Positions 1-8,500 of a stretch of DNA of 10,560 bases are shown piece after piece (the first letter of the stretch is position 1; every line of letters starts with the position of its first letter). The notes beneath the pieces were generated by a model. That model made no database searches. It was not told the origin of the DNA and saw only the letters and a program-made list of their open reading frames with translations. The position numbers were made by a program, and so were the translations under genes. Origin of the DNA: an uncultured Fibrobacterales bacterium (GTDB taxonomy: Bacteria > Fibrobacterota > Fibrobacteria > Fibrobacterales > CAWVXU01); the NCBI GenBank assembly GCA_963934255.1, contig CAWVXU010000090.1, positions 1-10,560 on the forward strand, written 5' to 3'.

Positions 1-7
1 ATAATCA

Positions 8-37
8 ATCTAAGTATCCTTTAGATGGGGCTTTTTT
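8..37 (+). terminator. Possible weak intrinsic terminator of the upstream transcription unit
   Basis: ATCTAA (8-13) / TTAGAT (21-26) inverted repeat with a 7-nt loop, followed by GGGGC and a T6 run (32-37). The stem is AT-rich and is separated from the T-run, so this is weak. Any upstream gene lies outside the window. Confidence 0.2.
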
Positions 38-124
38 GCAGAAACAAAAAAAAGCAAAGAAATCTCTTAAGAAATTTCAAATAGAGGACGATATCTCTAA
101 TAGGACTAGCTGCCTCATGTGTTG

Positions 125-213
125 AGGTAAATTTTGCCCAGGAATTTTGGTCCATAAAGGCAGTTTCTACCTTTTACTTTAAGTTTTACATCAGATTCGG
201 GTAAATTCTACCT
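125..213. promoter_or_regulatory. Three imperfect 15-bp palindromes, putative upstream activator sites for a sigma54 enhancer-binding protein
   Basis: AGGTAAATTTTGCCC (125-139), AGGCAGTTTCTACCT (158-172), GGGTAAATTCTACCT (199-213). Consensus RGGYARWTTYTRCCY, each with GG-N9-CC dyad symmetry, centred about 136, 103 and 62 bp upstream of the predicted sigma54 start site. Confidence 0.65.
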
Positions 214-240
214 AATACCTCCCTTAATGGCGTTCAAAAA

Positions 241-257
241 TTGGCATAGCTCTTGCA
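241..257 (+). promoter_or_regulatory. Sigma54 (RpoN) -24/-12 promoter for the fliF operon
   Basis: TTGGCATAGCTCTTGCA: GG at 243-244 and GC at 255-256 with the invariant 10-nt spacer, matching TGGCA-N6-TTGCW. Predicted +1 near 268-270, about 25 nt before the fliF ATG and upstream of its RBS. Confidence 0.85.
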
Positions 258-292
258 TACTGTTCTTTCAGAGTTCATGCTGGGAGGCAAAC

Positions 293-1825
293 ATGTCAGA
301 TTTTTTTAAACAGTTCCTTAATCAAGTGCGCGACATTTGGGTTCGCTTTAGTGCACTTCAAAAAGTGATTTTGATTTCGGCATTTGTTTTAACTTTTGCA
401 GGTATTATCATTTCTATTGGTATCTCATCGATTGATGCTGAGAAACGCGGTCAAGTGACACTTTATGCCAACTTGGGTATTGAAGATGCTGCTGAGATCA
501 CTGCTTTCTTAAAAGAAGTCTCAATTCCTTACCAACTTGAAAACGATGGTCGCACGGTAACTGTGCCTAAAATGATGGTACACCAAGCTCGCATGGAACT
601 AGCTCGTGGCGGTCTGCCACGCAAATCAGGCAAAGGTTATGAGTTGTTTGATGAAACTCAACTCGGTGTGACTGATTTTGTACAAAACCTTAACTATAAA
701 AGAGCGGTTGAAACTGAGCTTCGTCGCTCAATTGAGACTCTTCGCGAAGTTGATGTCGCCCGTGTTCACTTGACTTTCCCTAAAGAAACTATTTTCATGG
801 AAAGCAAGGAAGAAGCAACGGCTTCAGTTATTATTAAAATACGTCCAGGCGATGAATTAAATAAACGCCAGATTCGTGGCATTACTCACCTTGTAGCCTC
901 TGGTGCTGAAGGACTAAAAGCCCGTCAAGTCACTATACTCGATGAGAGTGGTAATATGTTGACCAAAGGTTTTGCTGATAATGCAATGGCTGAGGCCACT
1001 GACCACAATATGGAGCTTCAACGTGGTGTTGAGAGACATCTAGAATCAAAAGTAATGACTATTTTAGGTGGTGTACTTGGTCCTAATAAGTCTCGTGTAA
1101 AGGTATCAGCTGAGATTGACTTCTCCCAGGTCAACAAAACAATCGAGTCGTATGATCCTAAGAAAAAGGTAGTGAGATCTGAACAACGTGATGATGGTAC
1201 TCGTAAAAACTCTCCAGCTGTTGGGGATGAGACTAAAGAAGGGTCTATTACTAACTATGAAATTGACAGAACTGTAGCCAATGTCTTGGAATCGCCCGGA
1301 TCTCGTAAAAGAATCACTGTTTCTGTAGCTGTTGATGGAACTTATAGCCAAGACGAAGAAGGAAAAAGAAATTTTGTTCCAAGGTCTGAAGATGAGATAG
1401 CAATTCTTTCTAGATTGGTAAAAACAGCAGTCGGCTACACTGAAGCTCGTTCTGATGAAGTATTTGTTGCATCAATTCAGTTTGATAATTCATTTCTTGA
1501 AAAAGAGCTTTCTGAAATTAAGAGCATGGAAACTCAAGAAATGATCGAACAAGCGATGAAATATGGTATGATTATATTGATTGTTTTAATGGGTGTTTTC
1601 TTTATGCGTCGAGTCATTTCAGATGTTGTCACTGCCATGAATCCTCCACTTCCACGTTATGCAGGAATTGATCTAGATATTGAAGAAGAAAGTATCCCAG
1701 AAAATGTGAAACGTCAAAATGATATTATTGATCGTATGGAAGGTGCTGCAAGAGATAATCCTGGAAATGTTGCAGAGCTTATCAGATCTTGGTTATCTGA
1801 AGACCTAACTGTTGCTAAGAAGTAA
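293..1825 (+). CDS. fliF: Flagellar basal-body MS-ring protein FliF (510 aa; start revised from 227 to 293)
   Basis: N-terminal TM segment (VILISAFVLTFAGIIISIGIS); motifs LYANL, ARMELARGGLP, GYELFD, ELRRSI, ARVHL, TASV, VRSEQ...NYEID, ITVSVAVDG; second TM (YGMIILIVLMGVFFM); C-terminal FliG-binding helix NPGNVAELIRSWL. GGAGG RBS at 283-287 supports ATG 293, and the 227 ATG lies upstream of the sigma54 promoter. Confidence 0.97.
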   Translation: MSDFFKQFLNQVRDIWVRFSALQKVILISAFVLTFAGIIISIGISSIDAEKRGQVTLYANLGIEDAAEITAFLKEVSIPYQLENDGRTVTVPKMMVHQARMELARGGLPRKSGKGYELFDETQLGVTDFVQNLNYKRAVETELRRSIETLREVDVARVHLTFPKETIFMESKEEATASVIIKIRPGDELNKRQIRGITHLVASGAEGLKARQVTILDESGNMLTKGFADNAMAEATDHNMELQRGVERHLESKVMTILGGVLGPNKSRVKVSAEIDFSQVNKTIESYDPKKKVVRSEQRDDGTRKNSPAVGDETKEGSITNYEIDRTVANVLESPGSRKRITVSVAVDGTYSQDEEGKRNFVPRSEDEIAILSRLVKTAVGYTEARSDEVFVASIQFDNSFLEKELSEIKSMETQEMIEQAMKYGMIILIVLMGVFFMRRVISDVVTAMNPPLPRYAGIDLDIEEESIPENVKRQNDIIDRMEGAARDNPGNVAELIRSWLSEDLTVAKK

Positions 1826-1890
1826 ATAAGTTTTAATTAGTTAAGTATGTAAACACAAGAGCAAGTGAACAAGCAAAAGGGAATTTGAAC

Positions 1891-2955
1891 ATGGCTAAGT
1901 CATTTTATAGTTCGACGACAAAACCTGGGGCGGCCAAGCCTAAGAAGAAGATATTCGATATTCCAGGACCTAAAAAAGCAGCAATTATTTTGGTGGCCTT
2001 GGGGAGTGAAGCTTCATCTGAGATATTCAAAAATTTATCTGAGATGGAAGTTGAGCAACTTACGGCTCAAATCGCACGACTTGAAGGCGTCACACCTGAG
2101 ATTCGTGAAAGTGTAATTGAAGAGTTTCACCAATTATTGATGGCTCAACAATTTATCACTCAAGGCGGCATGAGTTATGCTGAAGAAGTCCTTGAACAAG
2201 CCCTTGGTTCACGTAAAGCTAAAGAAATTATTGAAAAAGTTCAATCAACTATTCGTACGACTGGTTTCCATATGCTTGATAGTGTTGACCCAAATCAGCT
2301 CACTAACTTTATTACCAAGGAACACCCACAAACAGTCGCTCTATTACTTTCACATATGTCTGCTGAGCGTTCAGCTTTGATTATGTCGAGTCTACCTCAA
2401 GAGATGCAAGTTGATGTCGCTACTCGAATAGCTACCATGGATTCTATTTCACCAGAAGTTTTAGCCCAAATAGAACAGGTTCTAGCCACACAAATGAAGT
2501 CAATGTTCTCAGGTGACACTAAAGAAATCGGCGGTGTAAAATCTGTCGCTGAAATGTTGAATCTTGTGGATCGTGGTGCTGAGAAAAACATTTTAGGTAA
2601 CCTAGAACGTGATGATCCAGAGCTTGCCACCGAAATCAAGAATTTGATGTTCATCTTTGAAGATATCATACATATTGATGATAAAGGTATGCAGCGTGTT
2701 ATGAAAGAAGTAGACACTAAAGATTTATCTATGGCTCTTAAAGGTGCCACTGAAGTTGTCCAAGCGAAATTCTTAACTAATATGTCAAGTCGCGCTGCTG
2801 AAGGCGTTCGAGAAGAGATGTCATTTATGGGACCAGTTCGCCTGAAGGATGTAGAAGAAGTACAACAAAAAATAGTTGATATTATCCGTCGTCTTGAAGA
2901 AGATGGTGAGATTATTATCAGTGGACGCGGTGGAGATGACGACATTGTCGTCTAG
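1891..2955 (+). CDS. fliG: Flagellar motor switch protein FliG (354 aa; ATG 1891 preferred over TTG 1885)
   Basis: KAAIILVALG N-terminus, EHPQ motif, GG linker (IGGVKSVAEMLN), MFIFED (MFxF) motif, and the torque-helix region NMSSRAA...MGPVRLKDVE. Purine-rich AAAGGGA upstream (1876-1882). Follows fliF. Confidence 0.98.
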   Translation: MAKSFYSSTTKPGAAKPKKKIFDIPGPKKAAIILVALGSEASSEIFKNLSEMEVEQLTAQIARLEGVTPEIRESVIEEFHQLLMAQQFITQGGMSYAEEVLEQALGSRKAKEIIEKVQSTIRTTGFHMLDSVDPNQLTNFITKEHPQTVALLLSHMSAERSALIMSSLPQEMQVDVATRIATMDSISPEVLAQIEQVLATQMKSMFSGDTKEIGGVKSVAEMLNLVDRGAEKNILGNLERDDPELATEIKNLMFIFEDIIHIDDKGMQRVMKEVDTKDLSMALKGATEVVQAKFLTNMSSRAAEGVREEMSFMGPVRLKDVEEVQQKIVDIIRRLEEDGEIIISGRGGDDDIVV

Positions 2956-2963
2956 GTATTATT

Positions 2964-3842
2964 ATGGCAAAGAAAAACATAACCATGCAAGATTTATTTG
3001 GAGCCACTAATAACGGTAGCGTAAGTCCAGGTAGTGTTGGACTCAAAGGAATAGTCAAAGCTGGCACTGTCAAATCAGGTACTCCGAGTTATTCAGATGT
3101 TCAGTATAGATCATTTGACACGGGTGGCGGCAAATCCAAAGCAGAAATATCTAATGATCAAAAAAAGATGAAAGACCTTCAAGATGAAGTAACCCTTTTA
3201 AAACATCAACTCGCTACTCAAAAAGTAGAGCTTTCTCAAAATGCGCTAACTGCCTCAAGTGAATCAAAAGCAAAAGGTCTAACTGAAGGTGAGGCTCAGG
3301 GGGAGGCTAAAGCAACTGCTCAATTTGATGGACAACTTTCAGAAATCAAATCTCAACTCGGAGAGTTATTACAATCTCTTAGCCTAGAGAAAGAAGCCTT
3401 TTTCAAACAAGTTGAACTTGGTACTAAAACTTTACTGACTGAAGGACTAGCTAAGTTAAACCATGAGCTAGATACACGGAGTGAAGATTTACTTCAAAAA
3501 GTGGTCACAGAAGTGTTTTCCATTTTAGGGAATGAATCTGAATTAGTATTAAAATTAAATCCTGAAGATTATAATATCCATAAAGACGGAGCTCATTTTT
3601 GGCTTCCTCTAGAATCTTCACAAGTGAGCCTTAAAGTCACAGAAGATCCACGTATTCAAAAAGGTGGATGCCGTCTTGAAACTGAAGCTGGAAGTATCGA
3701 TGCTCGTCGCGAAATGATGGTGGCTAAGCTTTCTCAAATAATCGAATTGGCTTTTGATCAAATGTTTGATGGATCAACAGAAGACGAAGCAGCTATTACT
3801 GCGGAGGAAGTACAACAAGTAAATGAGGCTCCCAATGAGTGA
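2964..3842 (+). CDS. fliH: Flagellar export apparatus protein FliH (292 aa)
   Basis: Lies between fliG and fliI. Short GxxxG run (AKGLTEGEAQGEAKA), coiled-coil middle, and C-terminal FliH/SctL signature LKLNPED...DPRIQKGGCRLETEAGSIDA. Confidence 0.9.
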   Translation: MAKKNITMQDLFGATNNGSVSPGSVGLKGIVKAGTVKSGTPSYSDVQYRSFDTGGGKSKAEISNDQKKMKDLQDEVTLLKHQLATQKVELSQNALTASSESKAKGLTEGEAQGEAKATAQFDGQLSEIKSQLGELLQSLSLEKEAFFKQVELGTKTLLTEGLAKLNHELDTRSEDLLQKVVTEVFSILGNESELVLKLNPEDYNIHKDGAHFWLPLESSQVSLKVTEDPRIQKGGCRLETEAGSIDARREMMVAKLSQIIELAFDQMFDGSTEDEAAITAEEVQQVNEAPNE

Positions 3843-5148
3843 ATGGTTTGACCCAATTGTTGAAGAAATTAAAAACGCACAGCTTTTCGAGAGAAGTGGG
3901 AAAATCATTAAAATTATTGGTTTGGTAATTGAAAGTTTGGGTCCGACTGCTTCAATGGGAGAACTTTGCGAAATTAAACATGCTAGCAAAAAAATCTGTG
4001 ACGCAGAGGTGGTTGGTTTTCGAGATGGTCGTACACTAATTATGCCGTTAGGCACTATGGATGGAATAAGACCTGGCATGGTGGTGACAGCACAGGGGCA
4101 ACAATTAAATGTCAAAGTAGGCCCAGGCCTTCTAGGGCGTGTAGTTGATGGTCTTGGTAATCCTATGGATGGTAAAGGCCCTATCCAAACTGAAGAATCT
4201 CGTCCTTTGTTTAATATGCCTCCCAACGCATTACAAAGGAAGCGAATTACTCAACCGATGTATACCGGAATTAGAGCTATTGACACATTTTTAACAATTG
4301 GCCGTGGTCAACGTATGGGGATCTTCGCAGGCTCTGGTGTGGGCAAATCAGTTACTTTGGGGATGATTGCAAAAAATTGTCTCTCTGAAGTCAATGTTAT
4401 TGCGCTTATTGGAGAACGTGGACGTGAAGTTCGTGAATTTATTGAAAAAGATTTGGGTCCTGAAGGTTTAGCTCGTTCAATTGTTGTGGTTGCCACTTCC
4501 GATCAACCAGCTCTTGTTCGCCTCAAAGCTTCACTTGTGGCAACGAGTATTGCTGAATATTTTAGAGACCAAAGTAAAGATGTTTTGTTGATGATGGATT
4601 CGTCAACTCGTCTTGCAATGGCACAGCGTGAAATTGGATTGGCCGTTGGTGAACCACCTACGACCAAGGGTTATACTCCTTCTGTATTTGCATTTATTCC
4701 AAAACTTTTTGAAAGGGCTGGGACTTCCGATAAGGGCAGTATAACCGGACTTTATACAGTACTTGTTGAGGGTGATGATATGGATGACCCTATCGCAGAC
4801 ACTGCCCGTTCAATTTTAGATGGCCATATCGTTCTCAATCGAGCGCTTGCTCAAAAAAATCATTATCCAGCAATTGATGTTTTGCAATCCATTAGTCGTT
4901 GTCGTCCTGATGTGGTTGATGACGAATTTAAGGAAATGACAGGTCAGTTATTAAATTCCATGGCGGTTTATCAAAAGTCCGAAGATTTGATTAATATTGG
5001 CGCCTATTCTGCTGGCTCGGATGTGAATATCGATCGTGCGATCAACAGAAATCCTAAAATTTTACAAATATTACAACAAAAGATGGATGAATCATCCGAC
5101 ATGGAAGAAGTACTCACAAGTGTGCAGAGCGTTGTTGATATTATATGA
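3835..5148 (+). CDS. fliI: Flagellum-specific export ATPase FliI (437 aa; ATG 3835 preferred over 3823)
   Basis: GRGQRMGIFAGSGVGKS (Walker A), IGERGREVREF, LLMMDS (Walker B), GEPPTTKGY, GSITGLYTVLVEGDDMDDPIAD, ILDGHIVL, HYPAIDVLQSISR. GAGG at 3825-3828 supports ATG 3835, which overlaps the fliH stop by 8 nt. Confidence 0.97.
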   Translation: MSEWFDPIVEEIKNAQLFERSGKIIKIIGLVIESLGPTASMGELCEIKHASKKICDAEVVGFRDGRTLIMPLGTMDGIRPGMVVTAQGQQLNVKVGPGLLGRVVDGLGNPMDGKGPIQTEESRPLFNMPPNALQRKRITQPMYTGIRAIDTFLTIGRGQRMGIFAGSGVGKSVTLGMIAKNCLSEVNVIALIGERGREVREFIEKDLGPEGLARSIVVVATSDQPALVRLKASLVATSIAEYFRDQSKDVLLMMDSSTRLAMAQREIGLAVGEPPTTKGYTPSVFAFIPKLFERAGTSDKGSITGLYTVLVEGDDMDDPIADTARSILDGHIVLNRALAQKNHYPAIDVLQSISRCRPDVVDDEFKEMTGQLLNSMAVYQKSEDLINIGAYSAGSDVNIDRAINRNPKILQILQQKMDESSDMEEVLTSVQSVVDII

Positions 5149-5588
5149 AAAAGTTTAAGTTCACATTACAGACCCTTCTAGATCATCGCGAAAATCTAGA
5201 AGAACAAGCTAAGTCTCACTTAGCTCGTGAAATGGCTGTAAAACGTGAACTTGAAGAAATTCGTGATTTACTCATGAATGAAGTCCACTCGGCCAAAGAG
5301 TTTGAAACTGTTACTAGTACTGAAGATTTACAAAACCGCATGCATAGATTGCATTATGCTTCAAGTGTGATGCGTGAAGTCGTCCTCAAACAGGAAGCAA
5401 TTCAAAAACAAAAGCATAATATTGAACTTGCTAGAGAGGCCTTAGTTGAATCCTCTCAGAAGAAACGTGTTTTAGAAATTCATAAAGAGAATCTTAAAAC
5501 TCAATGGAAAAAAGAGCGTAAGAAATTTGAAATTAATTTTTTGGATGAAATTTCTTCTCAAGCTTTTTTTAAAAAGGAGCCTTCATGA
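5145..5588 (+). CDS. fliJ: Flagellar export protein FliJ (147 aa)
   Basis: Typical N-terminus MKKFKFTLQTLLDHR, all-helical charged coiled-coil composition, LDE motif near the C-terminus, expected size, and an ATGA overlap with the fliI stop. Confidence 0.9.
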   Translation: MKKFKFTLQTLLDHRENLEEQAKSHLAREMAVKRELEEIRDLLMNEVHSAKEFETVTSTEDLQNRMHRLHYASSVMREVVLKQEAIQKQKHNIELAREALVESSQKKRVLEIHKENLKTQWKKERKKFEINFLDEISSQAFFKKEPS

Positions 5589-8500
5589 TTTTCTTGAGGC
5601 TTTGTAATTTTCTCATTATACTTGTGATGATAAATTTTTTTGCTACAAAAGGCTTTGCAGGTGAGCGTATCATTGTTGATTTTGCCGCAGACTTTTCAGG
5701 TACGACAGCAGACTCGCTATTTGTAAGTAACGAATGGGGTGGAATACTTCGGATTGATACAGTGGGTACAGTTTACTCTCCAATAATCGATACAACAATA
5801 TCATCGAGCATTGTTAATGGTGGTTTAAGTGCAAATTCATATATCCAAACTGGCGCCGATAATAGTTTTTGGGTGGCTTGGATGTCCTGGGAAGATATGC
5901 ATATTGGATCCAATGCTGACATAGGGGAAGCAGATGCAATTTATATTAACAATTATGTGCTCGATGGATTAGATTCTGATATACAGTCAAACATCGGTCT
6001 TATTGCAAAAGATGATGATGGCAGAACAGATAGTCCGCCTAACTCATTCTCAATGGTAGCCGATGATGATGGTAACTACGTTGCTTACTGGGGGTCATGG
6101 GTCGGAGGCTATGTTAAACATGCATCGTCTAAACACAGGAATCATCTAGCTAAGTGGCCTACCTCTTTCGAAATTGATACTGTTGGTGTTGTCTCTCGTG
6201 GAGGCGAGCCAACTTTTGATTTGATGGTGGGGTCTGATTTAGCTGATACATCACTTATTCAAACTGTAGTCGCTCATGTTTTGCAAGAAAATTCAAATTC
6301 AATAGGTATTCGAGTAGAGATCCCTGAAGGTGATACCTTATTTGGACCAGATACTGTTCTGACCATCAACTCGAAGCCCCCAAGAAGTCCCATAGTGAAG
6401 GTTGCTCAAAACGGCACTATTCTACTTGCATGGCAAGAAGGTGATTTAGTAGGCGGCCCTTTCTATGGTGAAATTTATTTGTCAGCTTATACAGATTCAT
6501 TAACTCCTATTGCTGGTATGCAAAAAATACTTGTGACTACTAACACTCTTGGTCGCGGGAGAACATTTTCACATCTGATTATGAAAACATTTGATGTAGT
6601 TGCGGTGGATGATGATTTATTTACAATCACCTATGGGGACGGAAACACTGTTTTTGCACGTACTATTAATACTGCAAATCAAACTCTTGGTGCAGTACAA
6701 ACTATCACTCCAGGTTGTAATAGTTGTTTTTATCCCACACTCACGATGAGCCCCGATTCAAGTCGATTAGCTATTTCATATTTTGGTAATTACAAAAAAA
6801 CAGCAGCTGACACGGCTGCACAGATATCTCTTTTCCAAATGACCGGAAGCCCGAGGATAATGGATTTGGCTTCTCAAACTGATTTTGATTTGAGTACTAG
6901 GCAAATTAACTATTCGCATAACTACGGAAAAAGAGTTCATTATTATGGTAATGTTAATGCTGGTGTCGATAATTTAGGAAATATACTTTCAACCTATAAT
7001 TATGAAGATCAGTCCTGGGTGACAGCGTGGAGCAATGTTGATTTTTATCATGATACCGCAAATTATCGTTCAGGTGATTTGGTCATTCCTGCAGGTTTTT
7101 TAGCAGAACCATATGACCCTACTAAAGATTCAATTGAATGGGCATCAAGTTTTATAGGGATAGATACCAACATTTCAGTTGATTATAGATTTTCTTCAGA
7201 TGGGATATTTAGTGATGATTCTGTCTTGTTAAATGCAGCTCAAGAATTTCCTGTGGGAACTAAAACAAACGGTAATCATTATCAATATCATGTTCAGATG
7301 AGATCTTCCGATCGTGATCGAGTTTCACCTCGGATTGATTCTATGGTGTTGAAATGGAATGTTCGGCCTCGTGATATTTTGATAGATTCAATTAGAATTG
7401 GGATGAAACCCTTTGCAGTATTTAATCCAGACTCCCTTTATCGTGTAATAAATCGATTGGATACCGTTAGAATTAAAATACTTGGTTTTGATTATGATAA
7501 CCCAGAAGAGCTGAATTTAACTCATTCTGAAGATGCTAAATTAATTGGAAATTTCCCCATTAATCAAAGTGTGGGCCTGCTGCCTGCTGGTTGGTTTCGT
7601 CATGAGATTGTGTATACTCCTTTAGATACCATAGCAGATAGTTTTAACATTATCTTAAATTGGTCAGATAGCTTAGGTTGGGCTTCAAAAAAAGATTCTG
7701 TTCATCTTCAATATTATAATATTGCACCAGAGGATTCTGTTTTCGTGACATACCCCAAAGGTGGCTCACAAGGTGACAGTAGTTCTCAAGTAGACCCTAT
7801 GGGTTTCTATCGAATCCAAATGGGTGATTCCGTATTGATACGAATTGTTGCTTTAGACTCAAATGATACTCATGTGAAGATTGAAGTCAAAGACTCGGAT
7901 AGCTTGATATTATTTAGAGATACTTTAAATGTAGTTGATTCAGTTGAAGTGAAAATTCCTCACGACCCTATTGATACACTTCCTATGGTAGAGCTAGGAC
8001 CTAAAGAAATTGACCTTACTATTGATACTGTGTATGTGATATCTCGTGATGGAAATATTGAAACACGAACACAAATCATCTTAGTTCCTAATCACATACC
8101 TTGGATTGACTCTATTAAAAATGTGGCGTATATGGATAGCCCTTCAAATTATAAGGACACATTGATATACCAAAATCTAGACATTTATAGTGATCGAGGT
8201 TTAACTGTCATTCCGTTTGTTCCGAATAAAATTGTGGCTTTTGATCGCGACCCCGATGAAATCAACTTTGATAGTTCCTATGTAGAATGGTATTTATTAG
8301 AAGTAGATTCGACGGGTGCTTGTTGTCTTAGTTGGCCTGAGCCGATTTCAAGAGGTGATACATTAATTCTAGGGACTGAAGCCCTCTATGGAGATACTTT
8401 AGAAATTATTATGGGCGCCGATAAATTACAGGTAGTTGGTCGCGACAATCTAACCGATTGGTACCAAAGGCACCATCGTCTGAGGATGGTAACTTACGAT

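Noticed and set aside
82..115. TAGAG/CTCTA inverted repeat (82-99) and AGG-N8-CCT (102-115) as a fourth activator site
   Set aside because: The stem is only 5 bp, and the dyad has an 8-nt rather than 9-nt spacer and fits the consensus poorly; could be chance.
227..292. 22-codon N-terminal extension of FliF in the ORF track
   Set aside because: No RBS before 227, it overlaps the sigma54 promoter, and ATG 293 has a GGAGG RBS.
1106..1351. 81-aa minus-strand ORF
   Set aside because: Antisense shadow inside well-conserved fliF; no recognisable protein features.
2177..2380. 67-aa alternate-frame plus-strand ORF
   Set aside because: Nested out of frame in fliG; its Leu/Lys-rich composition is what a shifted reading of fliG codons gives.
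2397..2945. 182-aa minus-strand ORF
   Set aside because: Ser/Ile-rich antisense mirror of fliG codons; no independent evidence.
3774..4496. 150-aa and 62-aa minus-strand ORFs
   Set aside because: Antisense to the fliH end and conserved fliI; typical shadow ORFs.
293..5588. Non-flagellar (injectisome) T3SS interpretation
   Set aside because: Two-TM FliF with a beta-collar and a full FliG with torque-helix residues are flagellum-specific.
5585..5659. Lipoprotein signal in the giant protein (Cys7)
   Set aside because: The Cys precedes the hydrophobic core and has no lipobox; signal peptidase I cleavage near GFA/G fits better.
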